Assembly: GCA_001787005.1 (NCBI GenBank) | Contig: MFUV01000004.1 | Coordinates: forward strand, 911 to 64,910 | Source: Candidatus Nomurabacteria bacterium RIFCSPLOWO2_01_FULL_39_18 | GTDB taxonomy: Bacteria > Patescibacteriota > Minisyncoccia > Phycocordibacterales > UBA9973 | Length of the DNA: 64,000 nt | Reading direction: 5' to 3' | Shown: positions 47,541 through 56,299 of the stretch, in pieces | Position numbering within the stretch: the stretch's first letter is position 1 | Layout of the letters: every line of letters begins with the position of its first letter | The notes under the pieces: model-generated | Database searches by the model: none | What the model was told of the DNA's origin: nothing | The model's input: the letters and a program-made list of their open reading frames with translations, nothing else | Position numbers and translations under genes: made by a program

Positions 47541-48108
47541 ATTTATACCCTGCTTTTTTAAGTAAACTTTCTAGCAACTGAATTGGCAGACCGATGATGC
47601 CATTGTGATTTCCTTCAATTCTTTCCACATATTGTTTCATGAGTTGAATACTAAACCCTCCTGCTCGAGAGAGCATATCACCTTCTCTAATAAGAAATTC
47701 TATAAAATCATCGGAAAATGGTTTAAAGAAAACTTTAGATTTATCAACACCATCATGCCTCTCCCCCGTTTGGGTGTTCACCACCACGACAGCGCATACT
47801 GCCTCTGGAACCAGCCCTCCACTGTATCTTTTCAGAAGTTGTCTGGCTCCCTCCTCTGATTCTGGTTTTTCATAAAGTTTCCCTTCGCACACAACAATAA
47901 CATCAGAAGTAATTATTATCGATGCTTCTTCAACTTTTCCGATGAGAGCATCGGCTTTTCTGTGGGCGAGAACAAGCGGTCTTTCATATAGATCATCTGT
48001 CTTAATATTTTTCTCATCAACATTCGGACTCATAACGTCAAAAACATATCCTGCTTTTTCGAGAAGTTCTTTTCTGTATTTAGAAGATGAACCTAGAATT
48101 AATTTCAT
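47506..48108 (-). CDS. maf: Maf-family nucleotide pyrophosphatase
   Basis: N-terminus MKLILGSSSKYRKELLEKAG. Confidence 0.8.
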   Translation of the reverse strand: MKLILGSSSKYRKELLEKAGYVFDVMSPNVDEKNIKTDDLYERPLVLAHRKADALIGKVEEASIIITSDVIVVCEGKLYEKPESEEGARQLLKRYSGGLVPEAVCAVVVVNTQTGERHDGVDKSKVFFKPFSDDFIEFLIREGDMLSRAGGFSIQLMKQYVERIEGNHNGIIGLPIQLLESLLKKAGYKYTEAYTEAMPP

Positions 48109-48124
48109 GGAGAATAATTATGGA

Positions 48125-48658
48125 CTAAAAATGTTCAGGATTTTCTAGGTGCATGAGTGCCATCATAATAGCTGCCTTGTTGTATTCAGTTCTGTTCATG
48201 CGACCTTTGGTGAAAACACCTACAAAGCCCTCGTGTTCTCCTATTTTTTCATGATGAGTAAGTCCAGCTACTCGCATTGCTTGACTACCATCCATCCCTC
48301 TCTCGAGAATTTCTTTAAGAACTTTTTTGGGCCACTCAAATGCTGAAGTGGTACCCATATGAATTTGACTGCCATCAAAAATGGCACAAACACCAATTTC
48401 CATATAGCCTGATTTTGTTTGAGGGACTTTCATTAATCCACTTTCAATGCCAAAACCATAATCATGGCCGATATATGCTTGTTTAGCACGATTAACTGCT
48501 CCAGAAACAATTTCTTCGAGATTTTTTGGGTGGCCAAATTCTTCCTTCTTTACATCCACGCCAAGAACTTCTGTATTATCAAACATCGGATAGTCTTTGA
48601 GCAAATCTCTGACTGCGTCAACTTTTGTTTTATTTTTTGAACCTACTCCAACTTTCAT
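48125..48658 (-). CDS. Non-canonical purine NTP pyrophosphatase (YjjX/ITPase-like)
   Basis: N-terminus MKVGVGSKNKTKVDAV at the internal M of the longer ORF. Lies between Maf and a NUDIX gene. Confidence 0.5.
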   Translation of the reverse strand: MKVGVGSKNKTKVDAVRDLLKDYPMFDNTEVLGVDVKKEEFGHPKNLEEIVSGAVNRAKQAYIGHDYGFGIESGLMKVPQTKSGYMEIGVCAIFDGSQIHMGTTSAFEWPKKVLKEILERGMDGSQAMRVAGLTHHEKIGEHEGFVGVFTKGRMNRTEYNKAAIMMALMHLENPEHF

Positions 48659-48665
48659 AAAATGA

Positions 48666-49181
48666 TTATAACAAATTAGGGAAAAATTCTTTAACACAAA
48701 AACGAAAAGCGTCTCCGAACAATTCTGGAGTTTCTTTCAAGCCATTTCTCAATTCTTCTTCGGTGAAATATTTATGGCTTTCATCTTCATGGCTCAATAC
48801 TGGCTCTTGGTCTGAGAAAATTTTATACATTACGAAAAAATGATTTTCCTGCCGTCCTATTATGAAACGATTGAATATTTTTCTGCCCACAAATTCAAAC
48901 TTATAATCATCCTCAAAACCAACCTCTTCCTTGGTTTCTCTTCTAAGCGCGTCTACCTCTGCTTCTCCCGCACTGACATGCCCACCAATCGGAGATTGGT
49001 GCTGTCCTGCATCCTGTCTCCCCCTTACTGGTTTTAATAATAGCCATCTTTCTTTAGAATCAATCACTTGGCTAATAACCGTTTTATGCAAAAGCCCTTT
49101 TTCATGCGCTTCTTTTTTTGAAACAATTTCAATAAAGTTCCCATTTTCATCGACGATATCCACTAATTCATCTTGTGACAT
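48666..49181 (-). CDS. NUDIX hydrolase
   Basis: Nudix box GGHVSAGEAEVDALRRETKEEVG. Confidence 0.8.
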   Translation of the reverse strand: MSQDELVDIVDENGNFIEIVSKKEAHEKGLLHKTVISQVIDSKERWLLLKPVRGRQDAGQHQSPIGGHVSAGEAEVDALRRETKEEVGFEDDYKFEFVGRKIFNRFIIGRQENHFFVMYKIFSDQEPVLSHEDESHKYFTEEELRNGLKETPELFGDAFRFCVKEFFPNLL

Positions 49182-49215
49182 ATGAAATATATTAACATAT
49201 TACTTTTTAATTACC

Positions 49216-49244
49216 CAATACGTAAGAAATCCGCATATGCGAAA
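49216..49244. repeat. Pal1-family palindrome, third copy (intergenic)
   Basis: Sequence gtaagaaatccgcATATgcgaaaatcttac. Confidence 0.45.
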
Positions 49245-49259
49245 ATCTTACACATCAAT

Positions 49260-51395
49260 TTACTTCGCAATCTGGGTTGCTTCTTCAAATTTAATGGAGA
49301 GGAGTTTGGAGGCGCCGTTACTGCCCACTGTTACGCCATAGAGTATGTCGGCGCGGGACATCGTTTCGCGATTGTGGGTAACGACGATAAGCTGGGAATG
49401 TTTTGAAAGTTTCTCTAGCATGTCTCCGTATTTGCGTGAATTCGCCTCATCGAGTGCAGCGTCTGTCTCGTCGAGCACTAAGAAGGGCGGCGGGTTAACC
49501 TGTGACATGGCAAAGAGTAGCGCGATGGATGTGAGCGACCTCTCTCCGCCCGAGAGCGCATGAAGTTCTTTGACCTTTTTGTGCGGAAGTGAAACATTAA
49601 TTTCTATCCCTTGCTCGGGGGCGGTCTCTTCTTCATTTTCTATTTCCACTTCCTCTTCGTCTAAATCAGATGGAGCGTTTCTCTTCCTCTTATTTTCCAC
49701 AACAATCTTCAGGGACCCGTGTCCCCCGCCAAACATTAGGGTAAAAAATTCTTGAAACTCCACATTTATTTTCTTGATGCCTTCTTGGAATTCCATGTCA
49801 ATCTTTTCTTTTAAATCCAATATAAGCTTCTGTAGCAAATCAATGCTTTTAGTTAAATCCTCCATCTCTTTCGCCAAAAACCCGTCTCTCTCTGAAACTT
49901 CTTTAAATTCTTTCATAACTTCCGCTCCACTGCCGAGGCCTGCATCCTCTAGTTTTATTTTTAACCGTTCAATCTTTTTCCTCAATTCTTCCTGAACACT
50001 CTCTTCGCCCCCATTTTCTATCTTGTGATTTTTATATGACAAAATTTCTTCCCCCACAAGCGCAATGCCCTCTTTTATCTCTCGTTCAAAAGCTTCATTT
50101 CTGCTTCGTAAATTTCCTTCTTTAATGTTTATGAGTTCTAGCTGGGAAGTTAGTTCTTGGTGCTTAACTTTCCAAGTAAATTTCTCTCGTTCAAGATCAC
50201 GCAGAGTTTCCATTTCTTTATCAATCGCTTGTTTTAAGCTTTCTGCCGATTCTGCTCCCCTCACCTCTTCCACTTCTAGATTTTTCATCCCGGCGACAAC
50301 TTCCTGTTGTGAGTTTTTTAATTCTTCTAATTCCTTCTCTCCCTGTTGTCGCTTTTCTATTTGCTCCGGGTGCATCTCTTTGATTTCATTACCACAAAGC
50401 GGACATCTGCCAGAAAGTTTTACCTTATTTTCTTTTGATTCTAGCATCCCCTCTATTCGTCCGAGTTTTCTTTCCATTTCATTTTTGAGCGCGCGAATTT
50501 CGTTGATCTTTTTCTCAATAGCTCGAAGCTCTTCTATTTTTCGATTGCCTCCCCTAGAATTTTCATCTTCAGTGAGAGAAATTTTTTTGGCAACACTGGC
50601 AAGCTCGACAGAAATTTTATTTTTCTCTTTTGTTAAATTAGACTTTTCTTTTTCTAGGTAAACACTTTCTTTCTTCAAATATTCACGATAAAGCCCTGCG
50701 AGCTCTGCCTGCATTTCCTTGGCCTTTTCAAATTTCTCTACTTGTTTCTTAAGAAAATTAAGATGCGGAGCATTCTCTCGGCGAAGCATCGTCACCTCTT
50801 TCATATTTTCTTCTGTGCGTTCGAGCTTCCTTTCAGATTCTTTTATCTTGTATTGATAAATTTTGAGCCCCAATGCGTCTTCCACCATCTCGCGTCTTTC
50901 TTTCATATTTGCATTCAAAATTCTGTCCGCCTCGCCCTGCGAAATGATGTGGTGCCCAGAAGAGCCAATGTTGACTGAAGCCAGGAGATTGTGAATATCT
51001 TTCAGCCTGACTTCTCCCCCATTTAAACTATATTTATTGAGTCCATCTGGAAAAACCTCGCGAGAAATGCTGATGGTGTCGTAATTCAAGTTTACATTTT
51101 CTCCTTCACTATTTGAAAGTTTGAAAACTTTGTCAGAATTATTGAAATAAATTTTAACTATTGCATGGTTTCCCTTGGGCAAACTCTTTGATCCCTTGAA
51201 AATTAAATCCGAGCCAGTTTTGCCCCGCATCGACTTCATCGACTGCTCACCTAGGACATAGCGTATTGCCTCTACTACATTTGATTTCCCGGAGCCATTT
51301 GGCCCCACAATAGAAACTATGGGATTATTGAACTCTAAAAGACTTTTCTGGTGGAAAGATTTAAAGCCGTTTATTTCCAGGGTTTTCAGTCGCAT
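49260..51395 (-). CDS. smc: Miniaturised SMC-family ATPase with a Rad50-type CxxC hook in place of a hinge
   Basis: N-terminal Walker A GPNGSGKSN with an SMC_N-like sequence. C-terminal LSGGERSL and PFLVLDETDAALD. A central RCPLCGNEI lies within predicted coiled coil. Only 711 aa. Positioned directly after rnc, matching the common rnc-smc synteny. Confidence 0.75.
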   Translation of the reverse strand: MRLKTLEINGFKSFHQKSLLEFNNPIVSIVGPNGSGKSNVVEAIRYVLGEQSMKSMRGKTGSDLIFKGSKSLPKGNHAIVKIYFNNSDKVFKLSNSEGENVNLNYDTISISREVFPDGLNKYSLNGGEVRLKDIHNLLASVNIGSSGHHIISQGEADRILNANMKERREMVEDALGLKIYQYKIKESERKLERTEENMKEVTMLRRENAPHLNFLKKQVEKFEKAKEMQAELAGLYREYLKKESVYLEKEKSNLTKEKNKISVELASVAKKISLTEDENSRGGNRKIEELRAIEKKINEIRALKNEMERKLGRIEGMLESKENKVKLSGRCPLCGNEIKEMHPEQIEKRQQGEKELEELKNSQQEVVAGMKNLEVEEVRGAESAESLKQAIDKEMETLRDLEREKFTWKVKHQELTSQLELINIKEGNLRSRNEAFEREIKEGIALVGEEILSYKNHKIENGGEESVQEELRKKIERLKIKLEDAGLGSGAEVMKEFKEVSERDGFLAKEMEDLTKSIDLLQKLILDLKEKIDMEFQEGIKKINVEFQEFFTLMFGGGHGSLKIVVENKRKRNAPSDLDEEEVEIENEEETAPEQGIEINVSLPHKKVKELHALSGGERSLTSIALLFAMSQVNPPPFLVLDETDAALDEANSRKYGDMLEKLSKHSQLIVVTHNRETMSRADILYGVTVGSNGASKLLSIKFEEATQIAK

Positions 51396-51410
51396 GGTGA
51401 AAAGTATACC

Positions 51411-52106
51411 CTAATCCATCCAATTTTTCACCTTTAATGCAGATTCTGCGGCCTTTTGTTCCGCCTCCTGCTTTGATTTGCCCTTGCCTTCAGCAATCAA
51501 ATTGGGTCCGAAATAAATGCCGACGGTAAAATGCTTATCATGGTCGGGTCCCGACTCGTTCAATACTTTATAGGCGGGCGTAACATTCACAAATTCTTGC
51601 GCCTTTTCTTGTACTAGAGACTTTGCATCACGCCAGAGCTTTTTATTCACTATTTCGGTCGTTTTGGGCAGAAGTGTTTGATGCACAAATTTATCTACTG
51701 CATCATAGCCCTGATCTAGATATAAAGCTCCGATGTATGCTTCATAAGTATTTGCTAAAATATATTGCCTCGCCTTGCCATTATCCTTTGCCTCACCTTT
51801 AGACAAAAGCAAATAATCATTCATCCCGATGTTCAGAGCTGTTTCAGAGATAATAACGGCATTAACGAGCGACGAACGCACTGCGGTTAATTCTCCCTCC
51901 GTATAACTCGGATATTTTTTATAAAGAAAATCTGTAACGATTAATTCGAGCACAGCATCACCCAAGAATTCTAGTCGTTCATTATGGGAAAGAGAAGTTG
52001 CCGGATTTTCATTGATATAAGAACGATGCGTGAAAGCTTGCCGGAGCAATTCTTTATTTTTGAAAACTATTTTTGTCTTTTTCTCAAAATCTGAAAAATT
52101 AATCAT
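51411..52106 (-). CDS. rnc: Ribonuclease III
   Basis: Signature ERLEFLGDAVLELIV and a C-terminal dsRBD. Confidence 0.9.
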   Translation of the reverse strand: MINFSDFEKKTKIVFKNKELLRQAFTHRSYINENPATSLSHNERLEFLGDAVLELIVTDFLYKKYPSYTEGELTAVRSSLVNAVIISETALNIGMNDYLLLSKGEAKDNGKARQYILANTYEAYIGALYLDQGYDAVDKFVHQTLLPKTTEIVNKKLWRDAKSLVQEKAQEFVNVTPAYKVLNESGPDHDKHFTVGIYFGPNLIAEGKGKSKQEAEQKAAESALKVKNWMD

Positions 52107-52150
52107 ATCTTTGCTTTTTATCTTATAAAATTACGAACCTTTTCTACTCA

Positions 52151-53080
52151 TCATTTTTTACTTAAAATTTCAACCGCTTTGCTAATCAATGGAATGATAT
52201 CGTTGTAAATACGAAGGTCTGGCAATTCCCGCAAATGAAACCATTTGGCTCCGTCTAAGCCCCCGGACTTTTCAAGCATCAACTCTCTGTAATCGCTCTT
52301 AGCTAAAAAATACGCGACTTTCTTCAGACTTTTCCCTTTTTCTGGGTGTGTCGCCACATATTCATTCTCTCCGAGCTTTTTTTCTATTCTGATATCAAGT
52401 CCAATTTCTTCTTTTATTTTTCTCTTAGTGCCCTCTTCTATATTCTCATTAACGTCAACTTTCCCTTTTGAAAGAGTCCAATAACCGAAAACATCATGCA
52501 CCAATGCAAATAAAATATCTTCTCCCTCTATGGTGTATACCAAAGCGCCACCTAAGTTCTCAACTGGCAATTTAGTAATATCGAGCGGTTCTCTTTTTGC
52601 CACAGAATCTTTTCTTTTACTCACTTGTTCCTTGCCAGGCTCGCCAATTTCCTTGTAGACTGCGCCCAGCACGCCATTGATAAACTTGCCAGAGTTCTCT
52701 CCGCCGAAAGTTTTCGCCAATTCTATGGCTTCGTTGATTGCCACTTTTGGAGGCACTTGCGCTCTATCGCTGAAAAGAAGCTCCGTTAAGCCGATCCTCA
52801 AAATATTCCTGTCCACAACAGATATTTTGTCTATCGGCCAGTCTGGCGCAGCCTTTTCTATTATTTCATCTATGACTTTATGCTTCGCTAATATTGCCTC
52901 TATCAGCGAGGACACAAAGTTATCATCTTCCAGCCCAGGAGCAAATTCTTTTAAGTTTCTATTCAATATTTCCTGAATCTTGTCATTCTTAGAATTTTCA
53001 TCTTTCTCTGAAGCAGGCAGGAAATCCCATTCAAAAAGAGTCTGAAGTACTATTGATCTTGAAAGGTGCCTATTTGCCAT
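52151..53080 (-). CDS. NusB-like N-terminal domain fused to a NUDIX hydrolase domain
   Basis: N-terminus MANRHLSRSIVLQTLFEWDF is NusB-like. The C-terminal Nudix box is SKGKVDVNENIEEGTKRKIKEEIGLDI. Confidence 0.65.
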   Translation of the reverse strand: MANRHLSRSIVLQTLFEWDFLPASEKDENSKNDKIQEILNRNLKEFAPGLEDDNFVSSLIEAILAKHKVIDEIIEKAAPDWPIDKISVVDRNILRIGLTELLFSDRAQVPPKVAINEAIELAKTFGGENSGKFINGVLGAVYKEIGEPGKEQVSKRKDSVAKREPLDITKLPVENLGGALVYTIEGEDILFALVHDVFGYWTLSKGKVDVNENIEEGTKRKIKEEIGLDIRIEKKLGENEYVATHPEKGKSLKKVAYFLAKSDYRELMLEKSGGLDGAKWFHLRELPDLRIYNDIIPLISKAVEILSKK

Positions 53081-53105
53081 AAAATCATGAACAATTTATC
53101 AACAC

Positions 53106-53172
53106 ACCTCACCCCCGTCCCCTCTCCTTGTCAAGGAGAGGGGTGCCCAGAGACTTTCTGGGCGGGGTGAGG
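53106..53172. repeat. GC-rich palindromic element, copy C, intergenic and possibly the rpmF terminator
   Basis: Nested hairpins cctcaccccc...gggggtgagg and cccctctcc-ttgtcaa-ggagagggg, followed by a T-tract. Confidence 0.5.
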
Positions 53173-53174
53173 TT

Positions 53175-53402
53175 TTATTTTGCTTCAGCCGCTTTCGCTT
53201 TCTCTTTTTTCTGTTTCTTTTCCGCTTTTTTGACTAAATCTAAAACTTTTTTGCCTCGGTAAAATCCGCAAGATACACAAACTATGTGGCGTCTTTTCAA
53301 AGCCCCGCAATTTTCGCACTTACTAAAACTCGTACTCTCCAGAGCGTGGTGAGATCGTCTGTTTTTCGTATGCGATTTTGTATGCCTCATTCGGACTACC
53401 AT
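53175..53402 (-). CDS. rpmF: 50S ribosomal protein L32 with a Lys-rich C-terminal extension
   Basis: Segment RHTKSHTKNRRSHHAL with a CENCG...CVSCG zinc ribbon. Confidence 0.85.
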   Translation of the reverse strand: MVVRMRHTKSHTKNRRSHHALESTSFSKCENCGALKRRHIVCVSCGFYRGKKVLDLVKKAEKKQKKEKAKAAEAK

Positions 53403-53801
53403 AATGAGAACATACTAGCACATTATGAACGAAAAGCAATTTGATTTGACATATCTCTCTTTATATGTTAGTTTTTTAGCCGAGGAGTGCTCCCATGAAA
53501 ATTCTGCAGTCCGGAGAGATCCGGCATAAGGGTTCGAAACAAGTTTTCTACTGGCAGTTGGTGGAGGAAGATGGACTGCCGACGAAGACCGAAGGGATGG
53601 ACCACCCCTTCTGCCGGGAAATAGTGGAACCGCCCCCAACCATCACTGTCCGCCACCCGGACGAAATAGTTGATAAGTAGGAGAGCATAGTGTGCCATCC
53701 TACATTACACACCCGCCCGGGTGGGAGAGACTCGTTCTCGCCGCCGGACGGGTTTTCTCTTTGCGGATTGAAAAATTTTTTGAAAAATAAAAAAATATGC
53801 T

Positions 53802-55055
53802 ATGATGAATAATATGAAAAATGAAATGGATGAAAATGACCATAGGGTTATAGGCAAGGAGCTCGACCTCTTTACATTTTCCGAGCTTGTTGGACCTGGT
53901 CTTCCGCTATGGACACCTAGGGGTACTATTTTACGAGAAGAACTAGATAAGTTCGTTTGGCAACTTAGAACAAAGCATGGATACGAAAAAGTAACGATAC
54001 CGCATATTACGAAGCGTGAATTATACGAGATCTCGGGACATTGGGATAAATTTTCTGATGATCTATTTTGCATCACATCCCGCGAAGGAAAAGAATATGC
54101 TTTAAAACCGATGAGTTGCCCTCACCACACACAGATTTTTTCACGCAAACAACATTCATACAGAGAAATGCCACAGCGATATGCAGAAACTACTATGGTT
54201 TATCGTGATGAGCAATCTGGAGAACTCGCGGGCCTGACTCGCGTGTTGTCTATTACACAAGATGATGCTCATGTTTTTTGCAGGCACACTCAAGTCAAAG
54301 AAGAATTTTTTAAAATATGGGATATTGTGGATGATTTTTATCAAGCTTTTGGATTTGAATTGAGCGCGCGCCTTTCATTTCGTGATCCAGGGAATCAAGA
54401 AAAATATTTGGGTACTACAGAAATTTGGGATGAAGCGGAAAACATTCTTCGAAAAATTGCGGAAGAACGCAAAGATAATTATTTCGAGGGGCCTGGTGAA
54501 GCTGCGCTGTATGGTCCGAAATTGGATTTCATGGCTAAAAATTCTGCCGGACGAGAAATGCAAGTAGCCACTATTCAACTGGACATGAATTTACCAGAAA
54601 GATTTGATTTAACTTGTATAAACGAAAAGGGAGAGAAAGAAAGAATCGTGATGATCCATGCGGCAATCATGGGATCAATCGAAAGATTTTTGGCTGTTTT
54701 AATCGAGCACTATGCTGGCGCCTTCCCTCTCTGGCTCTCACCAGTGCAAGTCAAAGTCATTCCCGTGCGCACCAATCACAACGAATACGCAAAAAAGGTT
54801 TTTGAATTATTGAAGGAAAATAATATCCGTGCAGAACTGGATGATGCAGACGAAAACTTGGGCTCAAAAGTCCGCGATGCAAAGACAAATAAAATTCCCT
54901 ATTGGATAGTGGTAGGCGACAAAGAAATAAAAGCCGACAAAATCACTCTCGAATCCCGCCTGCCTGCGCAGGCAGGCGACTCTGGTCAACTCGGCCAAAT
55001 GTCAAAAGAGGAATTAGTGAAGAAACTTTCAGAAGATATAAAGAATAAGAAATAA
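53802..55055 (+). CDS. thrS: Threonyl-tRNA synthetase core lacking the N-terminal TGS/editing domains
   Basis: Segment DHRVIGKELDLFTFSELVGPGLPLWTPRG, a class-II core and a C-terminal anticodon-binding domain. 417 aa. Confidence 0.85.
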   Translation: MMNNMKNEMDENDHRVIGKELDLFTFSELVGPGLPLWTPRGTILREELDKFVWQLRTKHGYEKVTIPHITKRELYEISGHWDKFSDDLFCITSREGKEYALKPMSCPHHTQIFSRKQHSYREMPQRYAETTMVYRDEQSGELAGLTRVLSITQDDAHVFCRHTQVKEEFFKIWDIVDDFYQAFGFELSARLSFRDPGNQEKYLGTTEIWDEAENILRKIAEERKDNYFEGPGEAALYGPKLDFMAKNSAGREMQVATIQLDMNLPERFDLTCINEKGEKERIVMIHAAIMGSIERFLAVLIEHYAGAFPLWLSPVQVKVIPVRTNHNEYAKKVFELLKENNIRAELDDADENLGSKVRDAKTNKIPYWIVVGDKEIKADKITLESRLPAQAGDSGQLGQMSKEELVKKLSEDIKNKK

Positions 55056-55078
55056 ACCCAACTAGTTTCTCAAGATCT

Positions 55079-55591
55079 ATGTTTAAAGAACAACAGCCAC
55101 CAACAAACCCAAACGAACAATTCAGTCAGTTAATGAACCTACTCGCTGATAGACCCGACTTAAAACAAAAAATGGTTCCTGATATTCTTTTAATTCAAGA
55201 ATTAGCGCCAGAACTAGAGAGAAAAGTTTTACAGATAGCAAGTGGCTTTTACGGAAAGATAAACTGTAATGGGACATCAGTCTATTTAATAGGATTGACA
55301 GAAAAACCTATGAGGGTAAGCCCGATTAAAGAAATGATCGAATACTTAAAATCGATGACGCGAAATAAAGAATTGTTACCAGGAAGTTTGGTCTGCTATA
55401 CCGCCCATCCAGGTCTTGGAGAAGTATATGTACCTCATTCCGGAATTTTATTTTTATCAAAAAGTGGTGAACAATTAGTGCTTCATAAACCTAGTTACGA
55501 AGATCCTCTAAAAATTGAACCCATCGAAAAAGCATTTGACTTAAAAAATGTAAGAGGTGCTGGAGAATTGGAATCTTATTCTTTAAAATAA
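55079..55591 (+). CDS. Hypothetical protein
   Basis: 170-aa ORF with no recognised motif. Confidence 0.3.
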   Translation: MFKEQQPPTNPNEQFSQLMNLLADRPDLKQKMVPDILLIQELAPELERKVLQIASGFYGKINCNGTSVYLIGLTEKPMRVSPIKEMIEYLKSMTRNKELLPGSLVCYTAHPGLGEVYVPHSGILFLSKSGEQLVLHKPSYEDPLKIEPIEKAFDLKNVRGAGELESYSLK

Positions 55592-55610
55592 TTAGTGGCT
55601 GGAAGTTAAG

Positions 55611-55652
55611 CCATGTGTTTACTGTACTAACGACCGTTAGTTAAGTAAACAT
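55611..55652. repeat. ~34-bp palindrome (Pal2), copy 1, downstream of regulator P2
   Basis: Sequence gtttactgtactaacgaccgttagttaagtaaac plus a conserved tail attatataaatt. A direct repeat of 56254-56299. Confidence 0.5.
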
Positions 55653-55668
55653 TATATAAATTAAAATA

Positions 55669-56247
55669 TCAAAAATTTTCCATCTTTTTTAATGTACCCG
55701 TTTTCCCTATTTCAAAGATTTCAACAAATTCTATTATTTTCAAAAGTTCTAAATCTAAGATAAATTCGTGAGGAATTTTAACTTTTCCAATCCAAACGCT
55801 TTTGTGAACCATTCCAAACTGAAGATTTTTAACAACCTCCCTAAGCCAATTGCGCTTTCGGCGAAGTTTTTCCGGAATATCAAAACTTATGATAACTAAA
55901 CCTCTCTGATTTTCTGTTTGATAATGCCGGTCAGGCAGGTTGTTTTTTAAATCCAAAATTTTCTTCCTACCCGCGTTAGAAATCGTAAGTTTATTCTTCA
56001 CTTCCTTTATAAGCCCATCATGTTTGAGTTTAGATATAAATACTTGTAGTCGTCTTCTTCTTTTTCTTAAATCCTCTTCATTATATTTTCTGAATTCAGA
56101 AACTCGCTGGCACTTTCGGTATTCATAATCAATTTTATTCATACTCGCACCATAACCACTGGCCAATACAGCCTCAAAGAAGTCGATCTGACTGATAACA
56201 CCATCTTTAAGTATCTCAAGCGCTTTTAGTAAAATTTTTCCTCTCAT
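55669..56247 (-). CDS. Winged-HTH + PaaX_C-like protein, paralogue P2
   Basis: Segment RGLVIISFDIPEKLRRKRNWLREVVKNLQFGMVHKSVWIG. Confidence 0.45.
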   Translation of the reverse strand: MRGKILLKALEILKDGVISQIDFFEAVLASGYGASMNKIDYEYRKCQRVSEFRKYNEEDLRKRRRRLQVFISKLKHDGLIKEVKNKLTISNAGRKKILDLKNNLPDRHYQTENQRGLVIISFDIPEKLRRKRNWLREVVKNLQFGMVHKSVWIGKVKIPHEFILDLELLKIIEFVEIFEIGKTGTLKKMENF

Positions 56248-56253
56248 ACTTAA

Positions 56254-56299
56254 AGTTTACCATACTGACGACCGTTAGTATAGTAAACATATAAAATTA
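56254..56299. repeat. Pal2, copy 2, upstream of P2 and overlapping the gyrB stop
   Basis: Sequence gtttaccatactgacgaccgttagtatagtaaacatataaaatt. Confidence 0.5.

Noticed and set aside
53640-53800. T-box leader for thrS, by analogy with Firmicutes.
   Set aside because: No AGGGUGGNACCGCG-like sequence and no clear terminator/antiterminator pair upstream of thrS. Only generic GC hairpins.
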